NCBI GenBank assembly: GCA_031835245.2
Contig: JAVKOQ020000105.1
Span: 62,001-126,000 of the forward strand
Origin: Balamuthia mandrillaris
Lineage: Eukaryota
Length of the DNA: 64,000 bases
Direction: 5' to 3'
The notes under the pieces were generated by a model. That model saw only the letters and a program-made list of their open reading frames with translations, was not told where the DNA came from and searched no databases. Within the stretch, counting starts at the first letter, position 1; each line of letters opens with the position of its first letter. A program made the translations under genes and the position numbers. Of the stretch, positions 22,621 through 37,865 are shown one piece after another.

Positions 22621-25600
22621 ATGTCGCGCGTTGCTGTTTTGTACATGATAGGCTGCTGTGTAGTGTGGTTCTCTGCCAACAGCCTGGCCAGCATCTACAC
22701 CAAGGTAGCGTTTCAACAGACCGCCGAAGAGGAGAGAGAAGTTGCGGTGGTGGACCTCTTTGTCTGCAAGATGGCTGCTACTTGCATTGTTGGCTACATC
22801 TACCTCCAATACTTCAAGCAAGACGGCCGCAAGGAACTCTCAGAGGTCCGGTCGGCGCTGCACAGACCGTCATTGGCCCTGGCGTTGGTGACCACGGTGC
22901 ATAGCTTGGGAACCATCACGTTGGATGCAAGCTACATCACCTTGCCTGCCTCCGTAAGCCAAGCCCTCAAAGGATCGGAGCCTCTCTTTACGCTACTCGT
23001 TTCCGGCGCCATGGGCATGGAGAGGTTCACCTCCCTCAACATCTCCGCTGCTGTAATGGTTGGAGTAGGCCTCTTCCTTAGTTCTTACAAAGGAGGTGGT
23101 AGTGGCAACTTGGAACTGGGAGGTATCGCTCTGGCCATTCTCTCCTCCGTTTGCACTCCCGTTCGTAACATCCTCGCCAAGAAGCATTCGCTTGAGAAGG
23201 CAGGAAGCAGCACCACCGCTGTTCTCGTCTGCACTTCTGCTCTGGCGCTCATCCTCGCCACTCCTGTTTGGTTCGTGAAACTACTGATGTACGGCTTCTC
23301 CATACCGTTGTGGATCGGCAGCATCTCCTCTGTGCTGTTTGGAGTGTACCAGATCGCGTCCATCGTGTTCCTTGGTTTCACAAGCCCCTTCACCCACGCC
23401 ATCATGAACGTCCTCAAGCGCACCACCACCCTTCTATCTTCGATGTACTACTTTCAAGATATCACATCTTGGACCGGTCGCTTGGGCGTTAGCCTCCTCC
23501 TTCTCGGCGCTGCCATCTTTTGCTGGGACAAGGTGCGCGGACCCAAGAATGTGAGCAGCGGCCCCAGCACAGGGAAGAGGTCGGCTCTGAAAGGGAGAAT
23601 ATCACATTTTCTGATGTCTTCTCCAACGGCTATAATGGGCACCGCGTTGGCCTTCTTCCTTCTCCTGGTGGTCTTGCTGGGCTATGGATTACAGGCAGGA
23701 GGATCCGACTACGATGGCTGGCCCGCTGATAATCTGAGCTCGCTTCCACCTCTCCCGTCGCTGCAGCTCCTGCCATCTCCACCATCTACCTCTGGCCATC
23801 GCGTTCCCTTTTTTCTTCAAGAAAAGGAAGGAGAATACGAGAGGGAACAGAAAACAACGTTCTCTGTTTGGATCTATCCAACGCCGATTCCTAAAGAAGG
23901 GCTGCTAGCTCTCAAGTGGGCTCTGAATGATGGAAACCTCGGCCACGTTCAGATTTTCTGCGCCAGCACAGCTTGTCTTGAACAGATAGAACAGCTCAGA
24001 GTCAAGGAGGGGGCCTCTCAATGGCTCACTGCCACTCGCCTCAATCTTCCCGCACTCACCAACAACACTCCCCTCTCTGCCTTCGTCACCCATCATCCCT
24101 ACTTCAAGCTGGTCATGGGGTTGGACTTCCTCTCCCAGCTCCACTCCGTCACCGTGCTCTCCCTCTTATTCCAACAAGGGGGAACCTTTTTGGATCTCGC
24201 TCTCCTCACCGAGCAAAACGGGTGCCTTCCGCTCTTGCCTCCTCAGTGCCTCCTCCTGGATGGTGGCAAGCTGGCGTTGGCCATGACATCGGAGGCCTCC
24301 AGCCCCTCTCTTCTTCATTTCATGGAGCTCTTTGCCTCTCAGCTGCCTCCTCTCCCGGAGATCTCTTCCGTGCTCTCCGAGACAGATGAGTTCTATCTGC
24401 ACTACCAAGCAACTGGCACATTGCGGAGAGCCGCCGGCTTGGCGCGCGCTGCTTGCCACTCCTCCTCTCACTCTGCTGCTTCCTCCTCCTCCTTCCTGGA
24501 TTGCTCCGATGGTGGTGATGGTGCATTGTCCAGCTCCATCTTTGCCCTGGAGAACTTCACCCCGTTGAAGGTGCAGCTGGAGCATCACTACGCCACCTTC
24601 TCTTTCGATGTTCGAGGAGGAGGAAAAGGCTCTGGCCCCGCCAACAGTGGAGACGAGATGCAGGGCTTCAGCGGTCTGCAGTTCATCCCCTTCCGAGACC
24701 ATTTTGTGGATCGGGAGCTGCTGCACGACTTCCAACTCCCAGCCCATGAACCGCCTGTCACCCTCTTTGCCAATGCTTGGTATGGAGGTGCGAACATGCA
24801 GTGGCCCCCCTCCCCCAGCATCGATCCTCTCCTCTTCTCCCTCCACTTTGGAGAAAAGTTTCAGCGCACCGCTTTGGCCCATCCCGGCAGCCTGGCCTTC
24901 CTGAAGGAGCACCGACCCATCGGGGCCAGGGACTTGGGCACTCTGCAATTCCTCCAATCTCAAGGCGTGCCCTCCTTCTTCTCTGCCTGTGCCACCTTGC
25001 TCATCCAACCACTTCCAACAAAAGTCACTTCTTCCTCTGAAGAAGCAGAAGCAGAAGAAAAGAGGAGCATCGTGGTGGTGGATGTGCCCAAGAGCCTGGT
25101 CCACTCCATCGTCCCGCAGCACCTTCACCCCCACATCGTCTATCATGACCAGAACATCCCAGCCGCCAAGAAGAGGAACCGCCTGCGCCGCTTCCGCTAC
25201 GCCTATGCCCTGCGGCGAGCCTACGCCCAAGCCCGCCTGGTCATCACCGCTCGCATCCATGCCGCCTTGCCCTGTGTGGGCATGGGCGTGCCCGTTCTCT
25301 TCCCCGAGATGGAGGACAAGGCCCTGCCGGGAGGAGGAGGCGGTCGCACTGCGGGTCTCCTGGACCTTTTCCACGTCTTCAAGGCGGAGCAGCAGGGCAA
25401 GCAATGGAAGGCCGGGGCCTTGCCCCCTGGCTTCGATTGGGAGAATCCTCCCCCCAATCCAAGAGGGGCACAGAGGGACAGGCATCGCGCCACCTTTTGG
25501 AATGTCATTCGCCAAAGAGAGGACCTGCGAGACACCGCCCTCATGATGGGCCTGGTGCCATTCCTTCCTGCTCCTCCTGCTCTTTTCCCCAATGCTGAGC

Positions 25601-26397
25601 GGTTCCACGTGATGTTCACGGGGAAGGAGGAGGCCTTGGACTTGGTCTCTCGGCAAGCCTTGCAGAGCATCTTCCGTCATCATCCCTCCGCTCAGCTGTG
25701 GTTGCACAGTTCCACTTTGTCGGAGAGGAGCGTGGAGGTCTTTCGAGAAGTTGGTTATGATCTTCGCTTGCTCCCGCTAGACCTGGATGCCTTGTTGCTC
25801 GCCGTCAACGAACAGAGCAGGAAGAAGCTCACTATCACATCAACAAAGATAACTAGCCTGAGCACAGCGCAACAGGAATTGCTGTATCGCACCATGTTGC
25901 TGTTCGTGCATGGTGGAACTTCTCTTCCAAACGACTTTCTTCTTGTTCGGCCGTTATCCTCTTCCTCTACTCCCTCTCCTCAACCACCCTTCTTTGCTTC
26001 ACTAGTTCAGTCTTCAGAATTGTTTTTGGGGCAGTTCGAACCAGGCCACACATTTTTGGAATCCCTTATCCACTCCTTTCCTTCATCGCCCCCTTCCTCA
26101 ACGCTCCAACACATCCTCGAGGACTCGCTCTTCCTTCTCCCACCCCATGAACGTCCTTCTCTTCTTCCTTCTTCCTCTATTTATTCGCTTCCTGTACAGA
26201 TCCTGGACAACGCATGCAGCTTCAGCCACTCTCACCTCCCCTCCCTCCACCGTCGCGACGGCACTCTCGCCCTTCGTCTTGTGAGGCACCCCCAACAACG
26301 GATACAGCAACAAAGCAACGCTGAGGAGGAGGAGGAGCTATCATGCAACATCATCTTTCAACACCACTGCGTATTTTGCGACGAGAGCGCGATATGA
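22621..26397 (+). CDS. Intronless fusion: TPT/DMT-family transporter + degenerate GT32-like + polysaccharide pyruvyltransferase + degenerate GT32-like
   Basis: The first ~310 aa are multi-pass with QALKGSEPLFT, RNILAK and SPFTHAIMNVLKR. Pyruvyltransferase motifs are NSGDEMQG, PIGARDLGT, FFSACATL and LVITARIHAALPCVGMGVPV. GT32-like motifs are LLFQQGGTFLDL and LLFVHGGTSLPNDFLLVRPL. Confidence 0.8.
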   Translation: MSRVAVLYMIGCCVVWFSANSLASIYTKVAFQQTAEEEREVAVVDLFVCKMAATCIVGYIYLQYFKQDGRKELSEVRSALHRPSLALALVTTVHSLGTITLDASYITLPASVSQALKGSEPLFTLLVSGAMGMERFTSLNISAAVMVGVGLFLSSYKGGGSGNLELGGIALAILSSVCTPVRNILAKKHSLEKAGSSTTAVLVCTSALALILATPVWFVKLLMYGFSIPLWIGSISSVLFGVYQIASIVFLGFTSPFTHAIMNVLKRTTTLLSSMYYFQDITSWTGRLGVSLLLLGAAIFCWDKVRGPKNVSSGPSTGKRSALKGRISHFLMSSPTAIMGTALAFFLLLVVLLGYGLQAGGSDYDGWPADNLSSLPPLPSLQLLPSPPSTSGHRVPFFLQEKEGEYEREQKTTFSVWIYPTPIPKEGLLALKWALNDGNLGHVQIFCASTACLEQIEQLRVKEGASQWLTATRLNLPALTNNTPLSAFVTHHPYFKLVMGLDFLSQLHSVTVLSLLFQQGGTFLDLALLTEQNGCLPLLPPQCLLLDGGKLALAMTSEASSPSLLHFMELFASQLPPLPEISSVLSETDEFYLHYQATGTLRRAAGLARAACHSSSHSAASSSSFLDCSDGGDGALSSSIFALENFTPLKVQLEHHYATFSFDVRGGGKGSGPANSGDEMQGFSGLQFIPFRDHFVDRELLHDFQLPAHEPPVTLFANAWYGGANMQWPPSPSIDPLLFSLHFGEKFQRTALAHPGSLAFLKEHRPIGARDLGTLQFLQSQGVPSFFSACATLLIQPLPTKVTSSSEEAEAEEKRSIVVVDVPKSLVHSIVPQHLHPHIVYHDQNIPAAKKRNRLRRFRYAYALRRAYAQARLVITARIHAALPCVGMGVPVLFPEMEDKALPGGGGGRTAGLLDLFHVFKAEQQGKQWKAGALPPGFDWENPPPNPRGAQRDRHRATFWNVIRQREDLRDTALMMGLVPFLPAPPALFPNAERFHVMFTGKEEALDLVSRQALQSIFRHHPSAQLWLHSSTLSERSVEVFREVGYDLRLLPLDLDALLLAVNEQSRKKLTITSTKITSLSTAQQELLYRTMLLFVHGGTSLPNDFLLVRPLSSSSTPSPQPPFFASLVQSSELFLGQFEPGHTFLESLIHSFPSSPPSSTLQHILEDSLFLLPPHERPSLLPSSSIYSLPVQILDNACSFSHSHLPSLHRRDGTLALRLVRHPQQRIQQQSNAEEEEELSCNIIFQHHCVFCDESAI

Positions 26398-27090
26398 GGA
26401 AGAAGCAGAGAACGGAGAGAAAGATGTTTTTTTTTTGTTAATGTGCAGCTCTGCCTACCGTACTCCTCTCCTCGTTGCTTGCTCCTCCCGGTCTTGCTTT
26501 CACCTCTCCTCGCCTCTCTCCAGGTCCACTCTTGAATCCTTTAGCCTCTCGCGTATCATGCTGCTTCCGGAGCATGGCTAACAAAAATGACACGAAAGAG
26601 AGAAGCAGGACTTGTGTGTTTCTATGAAAAGGAAAAAAGCGAGTAACAAGTTCAAGAGTACTGAGCAAATGCACTTTTCACCCAGTGTTAAGTGTGTCAA
26701 AAGTGATCGTTCCATTATTATCTGTCCAGTCTGTGTTCGCTTGATAGCCCCAGTGCTTTAGGTTCTCAAGTTGGTTTCATCAGGCTTGAACATGGAGGGA
26801 GAGATTATCAATTCTTTAAATGAATGAAGTTAGATATACTTTTGCTAGAGAGGAGAGAAAAAGAAAATAAAGAAATAAAAAGAGAGTAGATAAAGAAGAG
26901 CAGTGATAGTGGTAATGACGATGATGATGGCGATGGTGGCGATGGTGGCGATGGTGGCGATGATAGTGGCAATAGTGGTGGCGATGACAAAAACAAGAAT
27001 AAAGACAAAAAAAAAGACAAAGAAGAAGAAAGCAAAAAAGAATGAAAAAAGACATAGATGTTACCTTTTTTTTTGTGGAGAAGATGTATT

Positions 27091-28305
27091 TCAAACAGGC
27101 TTATTGTCGATACGCCACAATGTTTCATCATGGAGCAGAGGAGCCAAACGTATTCCTTCCACTAACAGCCAACGACGTAAATGGACAGGGAGAGACCAAA
27201 CATCACAACTCGACCACATATCAAACCTGTTATTTAAAAAGTGTTATTAAACAAATATCAAATATCTAAAAGATGATAACATACCATAGAGAAGGTTTTT
27301 CAGTTAATGTTTTAACAATGCATTGTTGGAGACTCAAAACCTGAGGATATACCAGCGTCACCTAAAAGAAAAATGTTAAACAAACACTTAAAAAAATAAA
27401 CAGTCTTTCAAAAAACAACAACAACCTGAACACAGGCTTGCGTATTTGTGATCTTCACTTTTGTTGGAAAGTGTTGTCGTAACAGTGTGACGGTATTTTT
27501 CGTTGACAGTCCCTTCAAAGTTTCCAAACGGGCCTTTTGAAGAAAGAATGAGAAGAGGTAACAAAAAAGCAAGAGAAAGAGAGAAAGAGAGAGAGGAGAG
27601 GAGAGGAGAGGAGAGGAGAGGAGAGGAGAGGGAGAGGAGAGGAGAGGAGAGGAGAGGAGAGGAGAGGAGAGGAGAGGAGAGGAGAGGAGAGGAGAGGAGA
27701 GGGAGAGGAGAGAGAGGAGAGGAGAGGGAGAGGAGAGGAGAGGAGAGGAGAGGGAGAGGAGAGGAGAGAGGAGAGGAGAGAGAGAGGAGAGGAGAGAGAG
27801 GAGAGGAGAGAGAGAGGAGAGGAGAGGAGAGGAGAGAGCAGAGAGAGGAGAGGAGAGGAGAGGAGAGGAGAGGAGAGGAGAGGAGAGCCAGAGCGAGAGG
27901 AGAGGAGAGGGAGAGAGAGGGAGAGGAGGAGAGGAGAGGAGAGGAGAGGAGAGGAGAGGAGAGGAGAGGAGAGGGAGAGGAGAGGAGAGAGAGGAGAGAG
28001 GAGAGGAGAGGGAGAGGAGAGGAGAGGAGAGGGAGAGGAGAGGAGAGGAGAGGAGAGGAGAGGAGAGGAGAGGAGAGGAGAGGAGAGGAGAGGAGAGGAG
28101 AGCCAGAGCGAGAGGAGAGGAGAGCCAGAGCGAGAGGAGAGGAGAGCCAGAGCGAGAGGAGAGGAGAGGAGAGGAAACAGAAGAGAAAAAAAAAGAAAGT
28201 TAAGCTTACCCATATCTTAAACTGACTACGAATATAGGATATCTTCACCTCCGTTGAGGCGGGTGTTATACAATCTTTACAGAAATTGTGAAATGTGCTT
28301 TCCAT
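27091..28305 (-). other. Putative spliced transcript: hypothetical ~138-aa protein, pseudogene or lncRNA
   Basis: GT-AG introns at 27534-28209, about 27362-27425 and about 27228-27284 join into an open frame (MESTFHNFCK...RIDNKPV). A further intron-like segment lies past the stop. No recognisable domain. Confidence 0.35.
27590..28172. repeat. (GAGAG)n degenerate pentamer microsatellite, about 580 bp
   Basis: Directly visible; lies in a minus-strand GT-AG intron. Confidence 0.95.
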
Positions 28306-28748
28306 TTCTTAGAAGAAAATCAAGGACCGAAAAGAAGACTTCTATTAAGATAGAAGGATGTAGGGCGTAGGAGATCTTACGCCACTGATACGAACTACTC
28401 TACCAACATGTGCCCACCCAAAGTTGCACCTTACCGAAGCGAGGCAAAACCAGGCCGAAGCGTGGCACTTACAACAAAGGGATGGACACCGCCAATAGAG
28501 CTGCCTGTCACCTCGAGAGGCAAGTGGTCGGCAAGGGTCCTCAAACGCGGCCTTTCCAACCAACTAATCCACAAGCACAGAGATCAAAGCCTTTCTTTTC
28601 CTCTTCCTTCCCCCTTTAACTCCTTCTCTCTTCTGTCCGCAGAAGAACTCTCCTGTCCGCTCTCCTGTCTGTGAGACGAAAATGAATTAATTATTTTTCT
28701 TTAAAACTTTATTTTTGACTTTTGGCCCGAAGAAAAACGTGGACACCC

Positions 28749-32221
<3,473 letters not shown>

Positions 32222-32401
32222 GCATGAAAAGGGAGGGCCAGAAGCGTCTCCCTTCTTGAAAGAGTACAAGTATGTTATCAGCTTCTTCAGTAGGTAGCTA
32301 TAAATATTTTTCGTTTTAGTAAAAAGGCTTTTAAAAAAGAGAGGAAAGGGGGCTTGCGTGAGGTTGAGTCAATTGTTTTTTTTTTCTCTCTTATCTCTTC
32401 T

Positions 32402-35400
32402 TCATCCTTGTGGGTTACATTTGGTGCAAGCGGGACGCCCGCCAACATCAAAAAAGCCGCCTTCCAGACCGCCACCGCAATGACAACACACAAAGTGCTC
32501 AGGATGCCAGTCCCGTCCGACTGCTTGCAGGAAACCTCCTCCCACTATGGTTTGACCACAGCCAGCACATACCTTTGCAAAGAGTGCAGTAAAGTCCTCC
32601 GTGCAGTATGGTTGACCTTTTTAAAAATAATTATTGAGTTACTTGCATAATGAGAGACGATGAAGAGAGGGCAACTAGGGGGACAGTTTAACGGAGAAAA
32701 AAAAATACCTTCATGAGGAATATAGGACCCCTTAAAAGGTTGCTTGCAATGTGCGCAAACAAAGCAACGCGTGTGCCACTTTTTGTCCAACGCATTGATG
32801 CCCTTTCCCATGATAGGTTGAGAGCACATGGCACAAAGCGGAGGTTGACCGCTGCCCAAAGGGATCGAGCCAGAGGAAGTGGCTCCAGCCGTGGGCGTTG
32901 GCACTGCTGTTCTGGCGGGAGCAGAGGCAGTGGAGCCGTTAATGCTGGGCTTTGGGTGTGTTGGCAATGGAGGAGGTCGTCCTTGGATCGGTGTAGGAGT
33001 TAGCCCTACTGCAGATACATCCATTGGAGGAGGTCTCCGTGGCTTCCCTAGAAAAGAGAAGATAAAGTTAGAGATAAAAGCAGGAAAGCAGCAAATTGAA
33101 AAGTACCTGCGCTAGAAGCCAGCTGTCTTTGTAGCTGCTGTTGTAATTCAGGATTCCTGCCCACAGAGGACATAGGCCGGTTGATACCAGGCACTGAATT
33201 TGAAACCGCAGCTGTGGCAGCAGCAGAAGCAGAAGGATGTGTTACACCAGAAGCTGGCACATAAGTAGAGGCCGCTCTCGGTGACATCGTTCTCTGTATA
33301 AGAAAATTGTTTTTAAATAATAGCCACACCAAATAAAAGAAGCTGACAAACCTTCGCTGATCGAGGGGGAATAATCGGTTGTGCGAGGTTAGGCGAACCA
33401 GCGGTCGGTGCTGGAAGCGATGTCCAAGCTCGTGGTGCTCCTCCGCTAGTTGTAGCACCGACAGAAGGCGGGGAAGATGCATGTAGAGGAGGATTTGTGG
33501 GTGATCCGCCAGTAGAAGGGGATGATCTGCCTCTTCCTCTGCCGGCTCCTCCGGGCGGCAATGCTACTCCTCTGCCTCTGCCTCTTCCGAGGCCTCCTCC
33601 TGATTCCTCGAAGTCTTCCATGCTGTTGCCTTCTCTGGGTGAAGAGCTGGGTGATGAACTTACCACTGGCGGCAGGGGAGGTGCTCCGAACCGTGGGCTT
33701 GGAAGTATATAACTTGCCGAGCCCTCCTCCTTGTTAAGTTTCCAGTTAAAAATAGGTAAAAAAAAAAACGTTTGAAGACAACCAGAAAGCAGGAAAGAAA
33801 ATATGTGCAGAGACGGCATCAACACTTACCTCAAAGATAGCCTCATAATTGGCCAAAAGGAATTCCAGAATATTGTACACACTGCGATAGTTGGAGCAGT
33901 CAAAGGGGTCGGCCTTGGTTCTGTACAGTAGGTTGGGGCCAAACACAATGGCCAAGTTGTGAGGACCCATCTTGTTCACCTGCTCGCATTTGGAAACTTC
34001 CACCAAGTACTTCAATAAATAATGCAGACAACTGCGTTGAAATGAGGGCAGTTTGCTGACAAGCTCTTTTGTCTTTTGTGCTCGTAGAGCGATGAGCGTG
34101 GCGTCTGTACTTGGCTTTCCTTGCCCTTTTTTTTATGAAAAGTAAGAAAAAGCGTAAGAACCAGCAAGTAAAAAAGAAAGAAAAGAAAGGCAAATAAGAG
34201 GAAGCAAACCTGTAGGGTCTTCGTCAATGAGAACAGTTTCCAGAAATTCATCATAAAGATCTTCGGAAATAAGTGGCTCTGGCAATTCACGAATCCAGAG
34301 TTTCAACAACCCAGCCACAGCATGAGGGTCAGCTTGAGCTGAAATGTCAACAGCTTCGCCTTGATCTATGCGATCCTTTAGGTTCTCTATCTCTGTCATC
34401 ATTCCTGATATCCTGAAAAGACCCTCCCGTTGCACGCCTTGTTTTATCGTTTGTTAGTTAAACTTGGATGAGAGAACAAAGTACAAGAATATCTACCGCG
34501 GAACGAGAACGAGAACGAGAACGAGAACGAGAACGAGAACGAGAACGAGAACGAGAACGAGAACGAGAACGAGAACGAGAACGAGAACGAGAACGAGAAC
34601 GAGAACGAGAACGAGAACGAGAACGAGAACGAGAACGAGAACGAGAACGAGAACGAGAACGAGAACGAGAACGAGAACGAGAACGAGAACGAGAACGAGA
34701 ACGAGAACGAGAAAGAATGCTTACCATTGTTGCTTCGGAGCCATTCAATAGTGAGCTCCATGATGGAAGGGATCTGTCTTCCTTGTTCTCGCGGGAGTTG
34801 CATAAGTTTTTCCAAACTGACACCAAATACTGTTAAAACCAAAAAAGGGGTTTTATGTTATTGCCACATTTTCCTTAGTTACATGTCTTCGATAAGAAAG
34901 AGACGTACCTCGGTCAGTGGCCAGATTGCCCATTACAATGTGAATATCTTTCTTCCATTCCAGCTTCGTTTCATAGGTAGGGGCAATCAATGTCATGCTA
35001 TTTCCTCCACCCCAAGTTATTTCCAGAGCGCACTTGATCACTATGACGAAAAGGAAAGAAAAAGAGGTGAATAAAGATGATGATAATAATAATAATAAAA
35101 GGCAGGTGAACAGTTGGCTTTACATTCATTGTCAGGCAAGTCTCTCAATTTAGCTTCACCTAAGGGAACAATGCCAATGAATTTGTACTTGTGGGATGTC
35201 TGTGTTAAGGCGGACAGCAGAGACACTTTCTTGCAGTACATCATAAGGTTGTTAAATAAGAAAAAGTGGTGTTCTTCCGGTTTCTTTTGTAATGGATCAG
35301 TTACTGTCAGTAAATCACCCTCCTTCAAGAAGCGTCTGTTGCGTTCTACCAGCTCTCCCTTTTAGTTATAGTAATGATTTGTTTGATGTGTCAGCGAAAC

Positions 35401-36300
35401 ATTGATAGTTATTTCTATCAAAAGAGGAGTGGGGAAGAAGAAAAAGAAGAAGAAGAAGAACAAGAACAAGAAGAAGAAGAAGAAGAAGAAGAAGAAGAAG
35501 AAGAACAAGAACAAGAAGAAGAAGAAGAAGAAGAAGAAGAACAAGAAGAAGAAGAAGAAGAAGAAGAAGAAGAAGAAGAAGAAGAAGAAGAACAAGAAGA
35601 AGAAGAACAAGAAGAAGAAGAAGAAGAAGAAGAACAAGAACAAGAAGAAGAAGAGGAAGCGTACATCAAAACCGGAGACTCTGTTTCTGACTTTGAGAAC
35701 ATGAACAAGTCGTTGAGAAATTTCCATGCCTTGATCTACAGAGGTTTGTAACGTTTGCAGTGCCTCAATCGCCTCTTTCAGATCGGCATAGTCCTCATCT
35801 CCACTGTCGGTGAGAGAGAACAAGGTCTGTAGTTTGCGAATGTATTTGACGATGCGATAGCAGGGCAGCGCCAGCAGCGTTGCCAGATTGGACTGGTCTT
35901 TCTCTTCGGAGGTGGTAAGGAATTGTTTGATGGTATTAGATTCCTTTTCTGATCGTTCTAGAGCGTCCATTTTAGTGCTAGAGTTAACGACAAATTGGGT
36001 GTAGGCCTCAAGACTTTGTATCTATTTTAGGCAGCGAATGAGATAGAACCTAAGAAAAAGAGTATCCAAAGCAAGGACGTACGTTTTGTAAAAAGCATTT
36101 TCCGACGCTTGCATAAGGATAATTGTTCAACTGCTCCTTCAAGTCACTGTGTAACTGAACATGGATGGAATGGAGTTCATCTATGCCGTTGAACATTGCC
36201 AATACATCTTGTCTCTGTATTTTGGGTGCATAGCGTTCATCTTCCAACAGTGGCTGCTCGTAATTCTATAACAACAAAGGTGATAACAAAAATTAATCAT

Positions 36301-36340
<40 letters not shown>

Positions 36341-36452
36341 ATAAATCGTACATCCAGCAATGACTTCATGAGTTTGGCGTATTGATGCTCATCAGCGACT
36401 ATTTTCATAATAAGCTTCCTTCGTTCATCCGTCTCTGCAAGGAGATGCCAAA

Positions 36453-36501
<49 letters not shown>

Positions 36502-36857
36502 AGTGGGTGGGTGAGTGAGGTAGCTGACAAAAACAAACAAGGAGCGAGATAAAATAGCACAGACCTTTCTCCCAAATCGACTCATCAATGTCCACAAACT
36601 CGCTCGTACTGGGTGAAACACGAACGCGATCAGTGACCTTACCGCCACCAGAGCGATAGGCAATCTTGCGTTGATCCACAACAATGCGATACGTCTTCAA
36701 CGTCTTTTCCAGTTGGCACATCCGCTGGTGTCCCCTCCGAAAGAATCGCTGGTACTCCTCAAAGTAGTCGCAGAGCTTTTCCATTGTCTCAAACTCGTTG
36801 CGATCGTTGACAGCTTGCAAACTGTTAAGGCCAATGAACCACACCATCAGTATTCGA

Positions 36858-36910
<53 letters not shown>

Positions 36911-37818
36911 AGAGCAAATAGAAGAGAGAAGAAAGAAGAGAGAGCAGAGAGAGCATAGAGAAATACGTTTTCATTGTCTCAAGGGTTTGTTGGTCGAATA
37001 CCTCCTTGCAAGCATCACGCTCTTTTTCTACTTCCTGCACCTTAACATAATTAACCTTGCCTTTGGTAGTTGCTTGTTTGACCTTGTTTTGAGCGGCCTC
37101 CAAGTTGCTCTTGGCCTTGTCGTACTTTTTGCGGGAAGCTTTGGCTTCCTTCATATCCCTCCTCACGAACTCATCCATTGGGATAGCAAACTTGCCCTTT
37201 ATCGCTGAGTTCTTTTATAAAGAAGAAACACAAGCATAACAAAAAGAACGAGAATGGATGCAAGTCAGCTCTGATCCGAAGGTGTGGTAATGCAAAAAAA
37301 AAAAAGGCAGAGGAGTAACGCATGAACCATATTGTTACGCAGCTGTTGCACAAAGTTGAGAAGGTTCTGTAGATCAGCAAAGCACTTGGCTGTATGTTCA
37401 TGATGTGTGAGAGGATGAAAACGAATAGGAGGAGAGAAGAGGAGAGAAGAGGAGAGAAGAAACAGAGAGAGGGAGAGAGACCAAGTTTAGCATCGCCGCT
37501 GTTGCTGGAAAGCTTTGTAGAGTAGTCGCCAAGACTGTCAGCGAGAAACTGGTCGGTTTCAATAGAGCCTATGATTTTGGAATGCGACATAAGCAAGCTT
37601 CTTCGAGAGAGAGAGGGAGAGAGAGAGAGGGAGAGGGAGAGAGAGGGAGAGAGAGACCTTGGGTGGAAGCAATGCTCTTCAGCGTTTTGGCGTGAATGAT
37701 CTTGAGAGCTTCAGTAGCATCCAAGAATTGCTGTTGATTTGTTGAAAATCAGCAGAGAGCAAAGAGTGCAATAGAAGTGCATTGGGAGAAACAAGAGAGC
37801 GGGAGAGCGGGAGAGCGG

Positions 37819-37865
<47 letters not shown>

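Noticed and set aside
24166..25707. Long antisense ORFs (513 aa here; 355 aa at 3810-4877)
   Set aside because: They shadow GC-rich coding exons and show no recognisable motifs.
27503..28225. 240-aa RRGEE-repeat ORF and its antisense LLSSP ORFs
   Set aside because: These are translations of the (GAGAG)n microsatellite.
34501..34712. Perfect tandem array as a CRISPR or telomeric repeat, or as an RS/RE-repeat protein
   Set aside because: It is a pure hexamer SSR with no spacers, inside a GT-AG intron of the RhoGAP region.
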